DNA of 64,000 nt from Candidatus Pelagibacterales bacterium (GTDB lineage: Bacteria > Pseudomonadota > Alphaproteobacteria > Pelagibacterales > Pelagibacteraceae). Each line of letters begins with the position of its first letter. Positions within the stretch are counted from its first letter, which is position 1. Positions 10,695 to 22,281 of this stretch are shown one piece after another. Below the pieces are notes generated by a model. The model did no database searches, had not been told where the DNA came from, and saw only the letters and a list, made by a program, of their open reading frames with translations. A program made the translations under genes and the position numbers. The stretch is taken from the NCBI GenBank assembly GCA_965244885.1, contig OZ251766.1, forward strand, positions 524,625-588,624, read 5' to 3'.

Positions 10695-11993
10695 ATGAGC
10701 GTAGCTAATATAGTAGAGAAAAAATTTATAGAAAATTTCTTTAATTCAGATTTAAAAAGTTCAGACCCAGAAATTTTTAGTTCAATACAAAAAGAGTTTG
10801 TGCGTCAGCAAAATCACATTGAATTAATTGCTTCTGAAAATATTGTATCAAAAGCAATATTAGAGGCCCAAGGATCTGTATTAACAAATAAATATGCCGA
10901 AGGTTATAGTGGAAAAAGATATTATGGTGGTTGTGAATTTGTTGATATCGCAGAAGATTTAGCCATTGAAAGAGTAAAAAAATTATTTAATTGTAATTTT
11001 GCAAACGTTCAACCTCACTCAGGTGCCCAAGCCAATGCAGCTGTATTTTTAGCATTGATTAAACCAGGTGATACAATTTTAGGAATGGGTATTGATCAAG
11101 GGGGTCATTTAACACATGGTGCTGCTCCAGCAATGTCAGGAAAGTGGTTTAATGCTATTGCGTACGGAGTAAGAAAAGATAATGGCTTAATTGATTACGA
11201 TCAAGTTAGAGATTTAGCAATAAAGCATAAGCCTAAATTAATTATTGCAGGTGGAAGCGCTTATTCACGAATAATAGATTTTAAAATTTTTAATGATATA
11301 GCAAAAGAAGTTGGTGCGTATTTTTTAGTTGATATGGCACATTTTTCAGGCTTAGTCGCTGGAGGCGTTTATCCAAACCCTATTGAGTATGCAGATGTAA
11401 TTACTTCAACTACTCATAAAGTGTTGCGAGGACCAAGAGGTGGTCTAATTCTTACGAATAATGAGGAGCTAGCAAAAAAATTTAATTCAGCTGTTTTTCC
11501 AGGTTTGCAAGGTGGACCGTTAATGCATGTAATAGCGGCAAAAGCTATTTGTTTCAAAGAAGCATTGTCCGATGATTTTAAATCATATGCAAAAGCAGTT
11601 GTTGCGAATGCAAAAATTCTTTCTGAAACTTTAAAAAATTTAGGTTACACAATTTTTTCAGGAGGAACTGACACACATTTAATCCTTTTAGATTTACGAC
11701 CATTTAAATTAACTGGAAAAGATGCTTCAGATTCATTGGGTAGAGCCAATATAACATGTAATAAAAATGGAATTCCTTATGATGATCAAAAGCCATGGAT
11801 TACTTCAGGAATAAGACTTGGAACTCCAGCATGCACCACAAGGGGATTTTCACTAAATGAATTTAAAACAGTTGGAGTTTTAATAGATCAAGTTTTAAAA
11901 GGTTTAATTAACAATAATAGCGACAAAGCTGAAAAAGAAGTAAAAGAGAAAATAAAAAATTTGTGCGCTGCATTTCCAGTTTATAATTTCTAA
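10695..11993 (+). CDS. glyA: Serine hydroxymethyltransferase
   Basis: LIASEN, NKYAEGY, GGHLTHG, TSTTHK, LQGGP. Confidence 0.98.
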   Translation: MSVANIVEKKFIENFFNSDLKSSDPEIFSSIQKEFVRQQNHIELIASENIVSKAILEAQGSVLTNKYAEGYSGKRYYGGCEFVDIAEDLAIERVKKLFNCNFANVQPHSGAQANAAVFLALIKPGDTILGMGIDQGGHLTHGAAPAMSGKWFNAIAYGVRKDNGLIDYDQVRDLAIKHKPKLIIAGGSAYSRIIDFKIFNDIAKEVGAYFLVDMAHFSGLVAGGVYPNPIEYADVITSTTHKVLRGPRGGLILTNNEELAKKFNSAVFPGLQGGPLMHVIAAKAICFKEALSDDFKSYAKAVVANAKILSETLKNLGYTIFSGGTDTHLILLDLRPFKLTGKDASDSLGRANITCNKNGIPYDDQKPWITSGIRLGTPACTTRGFSLNEFKTVGVLIDQVLKGLINNNSDKAEKEVKEKIKNLCAAFPVYNF

Positions 11994-11998
11994 TTTTT

Positions 11999-12457
11999 GT
12001 GATTTGTCCATTTTGTAAGGAAAAAGAAACGTCAGTAATAGATTCTAGGCCTACAGAAGACGGAACAGTTATCAGACGAAGAAGAGAGTGCAGCTGTAAG
12101 CAAAGATTTACCACTTTTGAAAGAGTTCAACTTAGAGAATTAATTGTTGTTAAAAAAAATGGAAGAAAATCTACTTTTGATAGGGAAAAATTAGCCAAAT
12201 CAATTAACATTGCGCTAAGAAAAAGACCCGTCGATAGCGATACAATAGAAAAATTTATTTCTAAGATTTACAGAAATTTAGAAGATCTAGGTCAGGCTGA
12301 AATATTATCTAGCACGATTGGAAAATACGTAATGGAAGGTCTAAAAGAACTAGATCCTGTTGCCTATGTTCGTTTTGCTTCTGTGTACACTAACTTTAAA
12401 GAGGCAAAAGATTTTGAGCAATTTGTAGACCAACTTAATGTTCCTTCAAAAAAATAA
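11999..12457 (+). CDS. nrdR: Transcriptional repressor NrdR
   Basis: CPFC...VIDSR...RRRREC, ATP-cone, [10 protein letters not shown]. Confidence 0.96.
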   Translation: MICPFCKEKETSVIDSRPTEDGTVIRRRRECSCKQRFTTFERVQLRELIVVKKNGRKSTFDREKLAKSINIALRKRPVDSDTIEKFISKIYRNLEDLGQAEILSSTIGKYVMEGLKELDPVAYVRFASVYTNFKEAKDFEQFVDQLNVPSKK

Positions 12458-13541
12458 AAATAAGTTTATTAAGTCTTATTTTATGAACTTGGCTTTTAAT
12501 TTAGCTAATATTCATAATAATATGACAGGCATCAATCCTTCAGTAGGTTGTCTAGTTTGTAAAAAAGATAAAATTTTATCTTATGGAGTAACTGGTATTG
12601 GAGGAAGTCCACACGCTGAATATTCGGCTTTGGTTAAATTAAAGAAAAATAATAATTTAGATTGTTACGCTTCTTTAGAACCTTGTCATCATCAAGGAAA
12701 AAATCCACCTTGTACAAAGTCTATAGTTAATAAAAAAGTAAAAAATCTTTATTACTCAGAAGCAGATAACGATTCTAGAGTACAAGGAAAAGGTCTTGAA
12801 TTTTTACAAAACAAAAAAATTAAAATTAATAAAATTTATAATATTTATAAAAATAATTTTTATAAAAGTTATAATGATTTTAATAAAAATTTTTTTCCGA
12901 AAGTTTATGCTAAAATTGCGACATCAAAAAATTATTATTCTTTTATAAAAAATAGACCGCAGATAACAAATATTTATTCAAAAAAATTAACACATGTTTT
13001 ACGTTCAGAAATTAATGCTATTTTAATAGGAGTGAATACTCACAATATAGATAATCCATTATTAAATTGTCGTATTAACGGTCTCACCCAATCAAATCCA
13101 GCGCGTTTTATAATTGATCCAAATCTTAAAATAAATAGAAATTCAAAATTAGTCTTGTCTGCTAAAAAAATTAAAACTTACATTTTTTATTCTAATAAAA
13201 ATAACGGTAAGATTAATTATCTTAAAAATAAAAATATTTACTTAATTTATTTACCGCTAAACAAAAATAATCACTTAGACTGCAAAGAAATTCTAGTTAC
13301 CATTGGTTTATTGGGTTACAAGAATGTTTTAATAGAAGGGGGCTTTAATACTATAAAGAGATTTATTAATTTAAAGTTAATAGATATTTTTTATTTTTTT
13401 AAAAATGATGAAATCATAAATAAAAACGCGTCACTTTCTTTTAAAAATATTTATATGATTTTAAAAAAGAATTTTAAAATTAAAAAAATAATTCAACAAG
13501 TTTATTTAAAAAATAATACTTTAACTGTATTTCAAAGATAA
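12438..13541 (+). CDS. ribD: Riboflavin deaminase/reductase
   Basis: [31 protein letters not shown]; start uncertain. Confidence 0.9.
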   Translation: MFLQKNKNKFIKSYFMNLAFNLANIHNNMTGINPSVGCLVCKKDKILSYGVTGIGGSPHAEYSALVKLKKNNNLDCYASLEPCHHQGKNPPCTKSIVNKKVKNLYYSEADNDSRVQGKGLEFLQNKKIKINKIYNIYKNNFYKSYNDFNKNFFPKVYAKIATSKNYYSFIKNRPQITNIYSKKLTHVLRSEINAILIGVNTHNIDNPLLNCRINGLTQSNPARFIIDPNLKINRNSKLVLSAKKIKTYIFYSNKNNGKINYLKNKNIYLIYLPLNKNNHLDCKEILVTIGLLGYKNVLIEGGFNTIKRFINLKLIDIFYFFKNDEIINKNASLSFKNIYMILKKNFKIKKIIQQVYLKNNTLTVFQR

Positions 13542-13549
13542 TTAAATTT

Positions 13550-14143
13550 ATGTTCACGGGTATAATAAAAAATATTGGCATTATTAAAGAATTAAAAAAA
13601 AGAGATAATGGTTATTTTTTATCTGTTACCTCTGGTCTAAATTTTACTAAAAAAGATATTGGAACTTCTATTTCTTGCTCTGGAGTTTGTTTAACTCTAA
13701 CAAAAATTAAAAAAAATAATAAAAAAAATGAATTATTTTTTTATTTGTCAAAACATACAATTTTAACATCTGCTTTTAAGTATTTAAAATCTGGAGATAT
13801 GATAAATTTAGAAAAATCCATGAAATATGGAGATGAATTTGCCGGTCATTTTGTTCAAGGGCATGTAGATACAACAATAAAAGTTTTAAATATTAATTCT
13901 AATAATATCAAAAGCTGGACTATATTTTTTAATATACCAAAAAAATTTGTAAAATTTTTAATTGAAAAAGGATCGATAGCAATTAACGGAGTATCTTTAA
14001 CGATTGCTAAAATTTTTTCTAATAAATTTAAAGTTGTGATTATTCCTCATACACTTCAAAATACAAATTTATTAAAATTAAAAAAAAATAATTACGTTAA
14101 TGTTGAGATTGATTTAATAGCTAAAACTTTATTAAAAAAATAA
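13550..14143 (+). CDS. ribE: Riboflavin synthase
   Basis: MFTGII N-terminus, GVCLT, GHFVQGHVD, GSIAINGVSLT. Confidence 0.96.
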   Translation: MFTGIIKNIGIIKELKKRDNGYFLSVTSGLNFTKKDIGTSISCSGVCLTLTKIKKNNKKNELFFYLSKHTILTSAFKYLKSGDMINLEKSMKYGDEFAGHFVQGHVDTTIKVLNINSNNIKSWTIFFNIPKKFVKFLIEKGSIAINGVSLTIAKIFSNKFKVVIIPHTLQNTNLLKLKKNNYVNVEIDLIAKTLLKK

Positions 14144-14145
14144 AT

Positions 14146-15201
14146 ATGTTTTCTTCAGTTAAAAAAATTATTCAAGATGCAAAAAAAGGAAAAATTTTTA
14201 TTTTGATAGATGACAAAAATAGAGAAAACGAAGGCGATCTTGTTATTCCCGCATCAAAGATTGACCACAAAAAAATTAACTTTATGGCAACACATGGTCG
14301 AGGTTTAATTTGTTTAGCGATTGATAAAAATAAAGCTAAAGCACTTAATTTATCTCTCATGCCCAGTAGAAATTCTTCTCGATTACAAACTGCATTTACT
14401 ATTTCTATAGAAGCAAGAAAAGGTGTCACAACGGGTATATCTGCTAAAGACAGAGCTCATACAATTAAAACAGCAATTAAAAAAAATGTTAAAGCAAAAG
14501 ACATATCTACGCCTGGACATATTTTTCCATTAATAGCAAAAGAGGGAGGTGTGCTTGAAAGAGCAGGTCATACAGAAGCATCCGTTGATATAGCAAAACT
14601 TTCTGGTTGTGGTCCAAGTGGTGTGATTTGTGAAATAATGAATACCGATGGCTCAATGGCAAAGGGAAGACACCTTTTTAACTATGCTAAGAAATTTAAT
14701 TTAAACATTGCAAGAATTGAAGATTTAATCGCTTACAGATTAAAAAAAGAAAGTTTAATAAAACTAAAAAGAATTGAGCAAGTAAAAATTGGAAAGAACG
14801 ATACGTATCAAGTCAAAATTTATGAAAATAAATTAGATGGCAAAGAGCATATTGCTTTAATCAAAACTCAAGATAAAAAAATAGTAACCAGAGTTAGAGT
14901 TATTTCTTCAAATATCGTAACTAGTTTTTTATCTAAAAATAAAGAAAATCTATCTATTAATAAAACACTTAATTATTATAAAAAATACAAGAACTGTATT
15001 TTGATTATAATAAGAGATGAGTTAGTTAAAAATAATTGGAATGGAAAAAAAGAAAGTAGTTTAAGAAATTACGGCATTGGGGCTCAAATTTTGAGAAATT
15101 TAAATATAAGAAAAATGATTTTAATATCTAAGTCAAAAAAGAATATTATAGGTCTAGATGGTTTTGGTATAAAAATTGTCAAACAAGAGTTTATTAAATG
15201 A
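14146..15201 (+). CDS. ribB: DHBP synthase fused to a degenerate GTP cyclohydrolase II-like domain
   Basis: RENEGD, TGISAKDRA, PGHIFPL, RAGHTEA; the C-terminal domain lacks the GCH II zinc cysteines. Confidence 0.92.
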   Translation: MFSSVKKIIQDAKKGKIFILIDDKNRENEGDLVIPASKIDHKKINFMATHGRGLICLAIDKNKAKALNLSLMPSRNSSRLQTAFTISIEARKGVTTGISAKDRAHTIKTAIKKNVKAKDISTPGHIFPLIAKEGGVLERAGHTEASVDIAKLSGCGPSGVICEIMNTDGSMAKGRHLFNYAKKFNLNIARIEDLIAYRLKKESLIKLKRIEQVKIGKNDTYQVKIYENKLDGKEHIALIKTQDKKIVTRVRVISSNIVTSFLSKNKENLSINKTLNYYKKYKNCILIIIRDELVKNNWNGKKESSLRNYGIGAQILRNLNIRKMILISKSKKNIIGLDGFGIKIVKQEFIK

Positions 15202-15620
15202 AAAAAAAAATATTAATAGTTAGCTCATCTTTTTATAAAAATTTAGAGAAAAAACTATTAGTCGGAGCTTTAAAAGAAATAGATAAAAAATTATTTGATA
15301 CTGATTTTTTTTCTGTTTTAGGAGCTTACGAAATACCACAATTATTAAATATTTTACTAAAAGATAAAAAATATGCTTTTTGCATAGCTCTTGGATGCAT
15401 TATTAAAGGTGAAACTCCACATTTTGACATTATTAGTCAGTCCGTATCGGATAAATTATTAGAAATTTCAATAAAATATAATGTACCCGTTTCTAACGGT
15501 ATATTAAATTGCAACAATTTTAAACAAGCCGAAGTTAGGTGTGATCCTAAATTAAAAAATAAAGGTGGAGAAGCCCTACTTGCGGCATTAAGTGTTTATA
15601 ATTTGATTCATAAACTTTAA
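15198..15620 (+). CDS. ribH: Lumazine synthase
   Basis: GAYEIP, LGCIIKGETPHFD, NKGGEA. Confidence 0.95.
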   Translation: MKKKILIVSSSFYKNLEKKLLVGALKEIDKKLFDTDFFSVLGAYEIPQLLNILLKDKKYAFCIALGCIIKGETPHFDIISQSVSDKLLEISIKYNVPVSNGILNCNNFKQAEVRCDPKLKNKGGEALLAALSVYNLIHKL

Positions 15621-16000
15621 TGGTCAATGTAAAAAACAATTCAAGGTTAATCATAGTTCAACTTTTATATAGTCATTATATAAATCAAGAAAAATTATTA
15701 TTTGATTTTAAAAATCCTTATAAGAGATTTATTAAGAAAATCTGCAACGGAGTTATTGAAAATAATTCTTTGCTAGAAGAAAAGTTATTAAATTTTTTAG
15801 ATATAAAATTTGATCTTAAAAATTTTGAAATAATATTTTCTATTATACTAAAGTCTGCAATTTATGAGATTTTTTTTTATAAAAAGACACCTTTTAAGGT
15901 AGTAATTGATGAGTATTTAAAAATTACTAAAATGTTTCTTAACGATAAACAAAAAAATATTATTAATGCAGTTTTAGATAAAATTGCAAAAAGTGTTTAA
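15620..16000 (+). CDS. nusB: Transcription antitermination factor NusB
   Basis: TPFKVVIDEY, INAVLDKI; ribH-nusB order. Confidence 0.88.
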   Translation: MVNVKNNSRLIIVQLLYSHYINQEKLLFDFKNPYKRFIKKICNGVIENNSLLEEKLLNFLDIKFDLKNFEIIFSIILKSAIYEIFFYKKTPFKVVIDEYLKITKMFLNDKQKNIINAVLDKIAKSV

Positions 16001-16115
16001 TTTCTTAAAGTTTTTCATTTAATTTAAAGATCTTTTAATTAAAAGGATTGATTTTATTGATGTAATTTGGCATCTACGTGGTTCTCGTTAACTTAACTAA
16101 CTAAAAAGTCTATTT

Positions 16116-18221
16116 ATGCTTCTTAATCCAAGTTTTGTTCTTAATTTAATAATCCTTAGTGGAGTTTTATCAATTATTTTTGCGTTTATTACTGGCGTTC
16201 AAATTTTGTCAGCAAGTTCAGGTAATGCAAGAATGAAAGAAATTGCTGGTGCTATTCAAATTGGAGCGAGAGCATATTTAAATCGCCAATATAAAACTAT
16301 TGCAATAGTTGGTGTCGGAGTTCTTTTTGTCGTAATTTATTTATTTAATTATTGGGTTGGACTTGGTTATTTTATCGGTGCTTTTTTATCAGGAATAGCA
16401 GGGTACGCTGGAATGTTAATTTCAGTTCAAGCAAACGTAAGAACCGCTGAAGCTTCAAGAAAAAGTTTAGCAGAAGGTTTGAGAATATCTTTTAAATCAG
16501 GCGCTTTAACAGGAATGTTAGTTGCTGGTTTAGCTTTGCTTGCTATCGCTGTTTATTACTGGATACTTTTAGAATTAAAAATTAATGAAAGAGAAATTTC
16601 GAATGCGCTTGTCGCATTAGGATTTGGTGCTTCATTAATTTCAATTTTTGCAAGATTAGGTGGAGGAATTTTTACTAAAGGAGCGGATGTTGGAGCTGAT
16701 TTAGTTGGAAAAGTTGAGGCTGGAATTCCTGAGGATGATCCTAGAAATCCTGCAGTGATCGCAGATAACGTAGGAGATAACGTTGGAGATTGTGCTGGAA
16801 TGGCTGCAGATTTATTCGAAACTTATGCCGTTACCATTGTTGCTACAATGGTTTTAGCATCAATATTTTTCTCTGGAAATTTAAACATGTTAATCTACCC
16901 GTTAGCAATTGCTGGCAGCTGTTTGATTACATCTATTATTGGAACTTACTTTGTAAGACTAGGCGCTAATAAAAGTATTATGGGCGCTTTATATAAAGGC
17001 TTTATAGTTTCAGCAGTTTTATCTTTAGCTATTTTATATCCAGTTACTGAGCATGTTGTTGGATTAACTAAAGTATATAAAGTAGGAACCATTAGTTTTA
17101 CTGGACTTAAATTATATTACTGCGGAGCAATAGGTCTTGTAATTACGGGTTTATTGATTTGGGTTACAGAGTATTACACTAGTACAGAGTATAGCCCTGT
17201 TAAATCGATCGCTAAATCTTCAACAACTGGGCACGGTACTAACGTTATTCAAGGTTTAGCTGTATCTATGGAAGCAACAGCAATACCTGCTTTAATTATT
17301 GTTGTTGGAATTTTATCAACTTATTTAATTGCCGGCTTATATGGAATTGCAATTGCAGTTACTACAATGTTAGCATTAACAGGAATGGTAGTTGCTTTAG
17401 ATGCGTACGGACCAGTTACCGATAACGCTGGCGGAATAGCACAAATGAGTAACTTACCAGCTAGCGTTAGAAAAGTTACCGACGCTCTTGATGCAGTTGG
17501 AAATACTACAAAAGCTATTACAAAAGGATATGCAATTGGTTCTGCAGGACTTGGAGCTTTAGTTTTATTTGCTGCTTACACAGAAGATATTAAACATTTT
17601 GCTAAAACACCTGGATCAGCATTAAAGGGAATTGTGGTAAATTTTGATTTATCAAATCCATATGTTGTTATTGGTTTATTAATTGGAGGTTTACTTCCTT
17701 ATCTGTTTGCTTCTATGGGAATGCAAGCGGTTGGTCGAGCAGGCGGAGCTGTAGTTATTGAAGTTAGAAGACAGTTTAAAAAATGGCCTGGAATTATGAA
17801 GAACAAACAAAAACCAGACTATAGAAACGCTGTAGATATTTTAACTAAAGCTGCAATTAAAGAAATGATCATTCCTTCTTTACTGCCAGTTTTATCACCA
17901 ATAGTTCTTTATGTTATAATTTATTACATAGCAGGAACTTCTTCAGCATTGTCTGCTTTAGGCGCAATGTTATTAGGGGTTATCGTTACTGGATTTTTCT
18001 TAGCAGTATCAATGACAGCTGGTGGCGGTGCATGGGATAATGCAAAAAAATATATTGAAGATGGTCATTACGGCGGAAAAGGTTCTGATGCTCACAAAGC
18101 TGCAGTAACAGGAGATACAGTTGGAGATCCTTATAAAGATACGGCAGGACCAGCAGTAAACCCAATGATTAAAATTACAAATATTGTAGCTTTATTATTG
18201 CTAGCGATTATTGCTCGTTAG
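16116..18221 (+). CDS. hppA: Membrane proton-translocating pyrophosphatase, K+-independent type
   Basis: [40 protein letters not shown]. Confidence 0.96.
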   Translation: MLLNPSFVLNLIILSGVLSIIFAFITGVQILSASSGNARMKEIAGAIQIGARAYLNRQYKTIAIVGVGVLFVVIYLFNYWVGLGYFIGAFLSGIAGYAGMLISVQANVRTAEASRKSLAEGLRISFKSGALTGMLVAGLALLAIAVYYWILLELKINEREISNALVALGFGASLISIFARLGGGIFTKGADVGADLVGKVEAGIPEDDPRNPAVIADNVGDNVGDCAGMAADLFETYAVTIVATMVLASIFFSGNLNMLIYPLAIAGSCLITSIIGTYFVRLGANKSIMGALYKGFIVSAVLSLAILYPVTEHVVGLTKVYKVGTISFTGLKLYYCGAIGLVITGLLIWVTEYYTSTEYSPVKSIAKSSTTGHGTNVIQGLAVSMEATAIPALIIVVGILSTYLIAGLYGIAIAVTTMLALTGMVVALDAYGPVTDNAGGIAQMSNLPASVRKVTDALDAVGNTTKAITKGYAIGSAGLGALVLFAAYTEDIKHFAKTPGSALKGIVVNFDLSNPYVVIGLLIGGLLPYLFASMGMQAVGRAGGAVVIEVRRQFKKWPGIMKNKQKPDYRNAVDILTKAAIKEMIIPSLLPVLSPIVLYVIIYYIAGTSSALSALGAMLLGVIVTGFFLAVSMTAGGGAWDNAKKYIEDGHYGGKGSDAHKAAVTGDTVGDPYKDTAGPAVNPMIKITNIVALLLLAIIAR

Positions 18222-18664
18222 TCGTTAGATTTACCAAAGTTTTTAGCTCGTTGTCTCATACTAGCTAAGAAACTTGATAAGAAACTGGAGTCTTTACCAA
18301 GACTAATAGTTGCAGATTCATCAAAGGGGTTTTTACTTAAAGTATTTTTATCTAAGAAATTAATTTTTTTTAAGATACCTAAATCATCAAATTCCAGCCT
18401 TAAAGTATTGTTGTCAGTGATTACTTTCGTACCATACTTATTTCTAGTTTGATGAACCTCATGATAATACCAAATATTATTATCAGTCAGTCCTATATTT
18501 TGAGGCGGGCCAATCAAATTTAAAACATCATTAGAATTAGTGATATTTGCCTGCAGAGATTCTGATTTAATTTTTAAATTATCGATACCGTGCAATTCAT
18601 CAATCGTTGTGCAGCTAAATATAAAAAAAAATACTAAGATATATTTGTAGAAAGAAAATCTCAT
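18218..18664 (-). CDS. bamE: Outer membrane assembly lipoprotein BamE/OmlA
   Basis: Lipobox FSC, V...IGPP...WYY motif; position next to rpmF-plsX. Confidence 0.8.
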   Translation of the reverse strand: MRFSFYKYILVFFFIFSCTTIDELHGIDNLKIKSESLQANITNSNDVLNLIGPPQNIGLTDNNIWYYHEVHQTRNKYGTKVITDNNTLRLEFDDLGILKKINFLDKNTLSKNPFDESATISLGKDSSFLSSFLASMRQRAKNFGKSND

Positions 18665-18789
18665 AAGCTAAAAACCACTATCATATAATTATAAAATTTT
18701 GCCATCTAATCAACGATTATTAACTAGGTTGATTTATTGGGTTTAAATGATATTGAGTGTCATAATTTTTTAACTATTATATTATTCAA

Positions 18790-18969
18790 ATGGCCGTACC
18801 TAAGCGTAAAACATCAAAAGCAAGAAGAAACTTAAGAAGATCACACCACGCTGTGTCATTTGCAAATGTAATCGAAGATAAAAAAAGTGGTGAATACAGA
18901 CTTCCGCATCATGTAGATGAAAAGACCGGAATGTATAATGGTAAACAAATTTTTAAGCCTAAAGCTTAA
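18790..18969 (+). CDS. rpmF: 50S ribosomal protein L32 (not in the ORF track)
   Basis: Manual translation: [59 protein letters not shown]. Confidence 0.96.
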   Translation: MAVPKRKTSKARRNLRRSHHAVSFANVIEDKKSGEYRLPHHVDEKTGMYNGKQIFKPKA

Positions 18970-18994
18970 TTTAATTAATTATCAATTTATTTAA

Positions 18995-19993
18995 ATGAAA
19001 TTTACAGTTGCAGTTGATGCAATGGGGGGTGATGAATCTCCTTTAAAAGTTATCAAAGGTTTAGATTTATTTTTACAAAGTAATCAGAATTTAAAATTTT
19101 TAATTTTTGGTAATAGAGACTTAATTAATCCTATCTTAGAAAAATATCCTTTAGTTGGACCCTCAAGCACTATTGTTCATACGAATGAAAAAGTATTGGA
19201 CAATGAATCTCCATTAGAAGCAGTTAAAAATGGAAAAAATTCTAGTATGTGGCTAGCGTTGACTGCATTAAAAAATAAAAATGCAGACATAGCTATATCG
19301 GCAGGAAATACTGGGGCATTACTTGTTATGTCTAGATTAATTCTAGAAACTATAAATGGAATTGATAAGCCAGCCTTAGCATCTATGTGGCCCTCTCATA
19401 AAGGATTAAGTGTTGTTCTAGATTTAGGGGCAAATATTGATTGTAGTATAAAAAATTTAGTAGATTTTTCTAAATTAGGGGCAGCTTTGTATAGAGCGGT
19501 TTTTAAAAAAGAAAAACCAACAGTTGCATTATTAAATATTGGAAGTGAAGAAAGTAAAGGAAGTGATCTATTAAAGAAAAGTTTGCAGGAATTAAAACAG
19601 ATTAATAGTGATAGTTTTTCATTTACCGGTTTCATAGAAGGAAATCATATAAAAGATGGCAAAGTAGACGTAATAGTTACGGATGGTTTTTCAGGAAATA
19701 TAGCTTTAAAGACAGCGGAAGGAACTGCAAAATATATTGCAGCTCTTGTTAAAGAAAAGTTTTTAAATTCTTGGTATTCAAAATTTATTTATTTATTGTC
19801 ATTTAAAATTTTTAACAGCATTAAAAATGATTTAGATCCAAGAAAATATAATGGGGGAATATTTTTAGGATTAACATCACCGGTTGTAAAAAGTCATGGG
19901 AGTACAGATTACATTGGTTTTTATCACTCTATTAAATTGTGCTATGATATTTTAAATGGTAATTTACAGGAACAAATACAAAAAAATTTATAA
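18995..19993 (+). CDS. plsX: Phosphate acyltransferase
   Basis: AVDAMGGD, SAGNTGA, DLGAN, VTDGFSGN, KSHGS. Confidence 0.96.
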   Translation: MKFTVAVDAMGGDESPLKVIKGLDLFLQSNQNLKFLIFGNRDLINPILEKYPLVGPSSTIVHTNEKVLDNESPLEAVKNGKNSSMWLALTALKNKNADIAISAGNTGALLVMSRLILETINGIDKPALASMWPSHKGLSVVLDLGANIDCSIKNLVDFSKLGAALYRAVFKKEKPTVALLNIGSEESKGSDLLKKSLQELKQINSDSFSFTGFIEGNHIKDGKVDVIVTDGFSGNIALKTAEGTAKYIAALVKEKFLNSWYSKFIYLLSFKIFNSIKNDLDPRKYNGGIFLGLTSPVVKSHGSTDYIGFYHSIKLCYDILNGNLQEQIQKNL

Positions 19994-20003
19994 ATAAATA
20001 TTT

Positions 20004-20315
20004 GTGACCACTACAATCACAAGACAATATTTGTCAGATCTAGTTTATAAAGAGCTAGGAATTTCTAAAGTCGAAGCTTCAAATTTTATCGATGATATTT
20101 TTGAGTTTATTACGTTGCAACTTGAAAAAAAGAATAAAGTTAAGATAGCTAATTTTGGATCTTTCAATATTCGTCACAAAAATGAACGAATAGGAAGAAA
20201 TCCAAAAACAAAGGAACAAAAAGTTATTTCTAGCAGGACAGTAGTTACTTTTAAGCCTTCTAAAATTTTAAAAAGTAAAATTAATAAAAATATAAATGTC
20301 GGAGAAGTCAGCTGA
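20004..20315 (+). CDS. ihfA: Integration host factor alpha
   Basis: FGSF...RIGRNPKT...RTVVTFKPS; plsX-ihfA-merR order. Confidence 0.9.
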   Translation: MTTTITRQYLSDLVYKELGISKVEASNFIDDIFEFITLQLEKKNKVKIANFGSFNIRHKNERIGRNPKTKEQKVISSRTVVTFKPSKILKSKINKNINVGEVS

Positions 20316-20682
20316 AGCTTTAAAAACAATAGGAGAAGTAGCTAAAGAATTAAATCTTATTGAATTAGAAACGGGAAAAGCAAAAACTTATGTTTTAAGA
20401 TTTTGGGAAAAAGAGTTTCCTCAATTGAAGCCCAAACTACGTGCAAAAGGAAGAAGATATTACACAGTTGAGAATGTTAAGCTTTTGAAAAAAATTCAAT
20501 ATCTTTTAAAAGACAAAGGCCTAACTATTAAAGGAGCAAAAAAAATAATAGAAAATAATATTAATGATATTGAAGTTGACGATTTTGAGAGAAAAGATAT
20601 AAGCACTAACGATTTATTAAATAAAAAAGAAAAGCTAATTAGAATAAAAGAAATTATTACTGAATTAAAAAACCTCTCTTAA
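20296..20682 (+). CDS. MerR-family transcriptional regulator
   Basis: TIGEVAKEL...[14 protein letters not shown]...RRYY...GLTIKGA. Confidence 0.9.
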   Translation: MSEKSAEALKTIGEVAKELNLIELETGKAKTYVLRFWEKEFPQLKPKLRAKGRRYYTVENVKLLKKIQYLLKDKGLTIKGAKKIIENNINDIEVDDFERKDISTNDLLNKKEKLIRIKEIITELKNLS

Positions 20683-20683
20683 A

Positions 20684-20875
20684 ATGGCAAAAAAAACATC
20701 AGTTAAAGTCAGACTTGTTCCAGAGTTAAAACCTAATAGTGCTTTTAATTATTATGTTAAAAAACCTACCGCAGGAGAAAAGGTTAAAATTAAACTGAGA
20801 GTTAGAAAATATAATCCCTCAACACGCAAGCATGAATGGTTTGTGGAAAAAAAACTTCCACCACACAGCAAATAG
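20684..20875 (+). CDS. rpmG: 50S ribosomal protein L33
   Basis: MAKK...VRL...YYVKK...KL..RKYNP..RKH..F.EKK. Confidence 0.88.
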   Translation: MAKKTSVKVRLVPELKPNSAFNYYVKKPTAGEKVKIKLRVRKYNPSTRKHEWFVEKKLPPHSK

Positions 20876-20878
20876 TAG

Positions 20879-21151
20879 TTATTTAACTATTTTTTTTTCT
20901 AATTTTATTGAGTACTGAATTAATTTATTCCAAAAGTTTTTAACTAATATGAAATCAATTTTATTTTTTTTGGATTCAGCTTTAATTCTTTTCATTATTT
21001 GATTAATTCTTTTTTTATCTACAATCGTTCTCTTATTTTTGTACTGAGCAATTTTTAAGACTTGTTTCTTTCTTAAACCCAGCAGTCTGATAATTTGTCT
21101 ATCAATAGTATCAATAGTAGAGCGAATTTTTAAAATTTTTTTTTGCGACAT
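20879..21151 (-). CDS. Chorismate mutase (AroQ type)
   Basis: IRSTIDTIDRQIIRLLGLR...IAQYK...DKKR. Confidence 0.85.
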   Translation of the reverse strand: MSQKKILKIRSTIDTIDRQIIRLLGLRKKQVLKIAQYKNKRTIVDKKRINQIMKRIKAESKKNKIDFILVKNFWNKLIQYSIKLEKKIVK

Positions 21152-21194
21152 TAAATCGTTTTTAAAATAATGATAAATTAGTTATTAATTTATA

Positions 21195-22220
21195 ATGCCA
21201 AATACAATTAATCTAAATAAAATAAATACCTATGTTACCATTTGGTTGTATTTATCTTTATTTTTAGTTTCAGCACTTATCTTTATTGGGGGTCTTACTC
21301 GTTTAACGGAATCCGGTCTTTCAATAACTAATTGGGAATTGTTTAGTGGAATTTTACCCCCGTTTACTGAAAAGCAATGGCAATATTATTTTTCTTTATA
21401 TAAGCAGATTCCCCAATACAAAGAAATTAATCTCGGCATGTCTTTAGCTGAATTTAAATATATTTTTTGGTGGGAATATATCCATCGATTACTTGCAAGA
21501 GTAGCTGCATTAGCATTTGTTTTACCCTTCATATATTTTCTTACAAAAAAAATTTTTAGTCTCAAACAAATCGTTTTTTATTCAATTATTTCTTCGTTAT
21601 TTTTTTTTCAAGGATTTTTAGGGTGGTATATGGTTAAAAGTGGATTAATCGCTAATACAGATGTTAGTCATTTTAGACTGTCTGCACATTTATTAGGTGC
21701 TCAAATTATTTTATCTTTATTGTTTTTTTCAATTTTATTTATGAATGTAAAAAAAATTTATTTTAATTTTTATTCTTATTTAATTCTTTCATTTTTAATA
21801 ATTATTTTTTTTCAAATTGCGATTGGAGCTTTTGTTTCAGGTCTAGATGCTGCAAAAATATATCAAACTTGGCCTTTAATGAATGGAAACTTTGTGCCTG
21901 AAGATGTTTTTATTAAAGAATTTTCAAATTCAAATTCTTATTCTAGTCCTTCTCATGTTCAATTTTTACACAGAATTATTGCTTATTTTATTATATTGAT
22001 TTTTAGTTTTATTTTTTATTTTTTACTCAAAAACAAAATTGTTAACTTGAAGTATTTGTTCGTAGTTTTATCTGCAATAATTTTTCAAGTGCTGCTGGGT
22101 ATTCTAGTTTTAACAAGTGGTTATAAAATTTATATTGCTAGTCTTCATCAGCTAGGTTCGATTTTTTTACTTTTTTCGATAATTTATCTATTTTACCAAG
22201 TATCAATCTCTCCAAAATAA
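21195..22220 (+). CDS. ctaA: Heme A synthase (COX15/CtaA type)
   Basis: GGLTRLTESGLSI, WEYIHR, GWYMVKSG, RLSAH, QFLHR, LHQ. Confidence 0.95.
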   Translation: MPNTINLNKINTYVTIWLYLSLFLVSALIFIGGLTRLTESGLSITNWELFSGILPPFTEKQWQYYFSLYKQIPQYKEINLGMSLAEFKYIFWWEYIHRLLARVAALAFVLPFIYFLTKKIFSLKQIVFYSIISSLFFFQGFLGWYMVKSGLIANTDVSHFRLSAHLLGAQIILSLLFFSILFMNVKKIYFNFYSYLILSFLIIIFFQIAIGAFVSGLDAAKIYQTWPLMNGNFVPEDVFIKEFSNSNSYSSPSHVQFLHRIIAYFIILIFSFIFYFLLKNKIVNLKYLFVVLSAIIFQVLLGILVLTSGYKIYIASLHQLGSIFLLFSIIYLFYQVSISPK

Positions 22221-22281
22221 TAAATTTTACCTTATTCTGTTTGACATCATTATAGGCAAAATATATTTATTCCGTTCCATT

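Noticed and set aside
16024-16038. TTAA-N7-TTAA CtrA-like box upstream of hppA
   Set aside because: Expected by chance at this AT content; no supporting context
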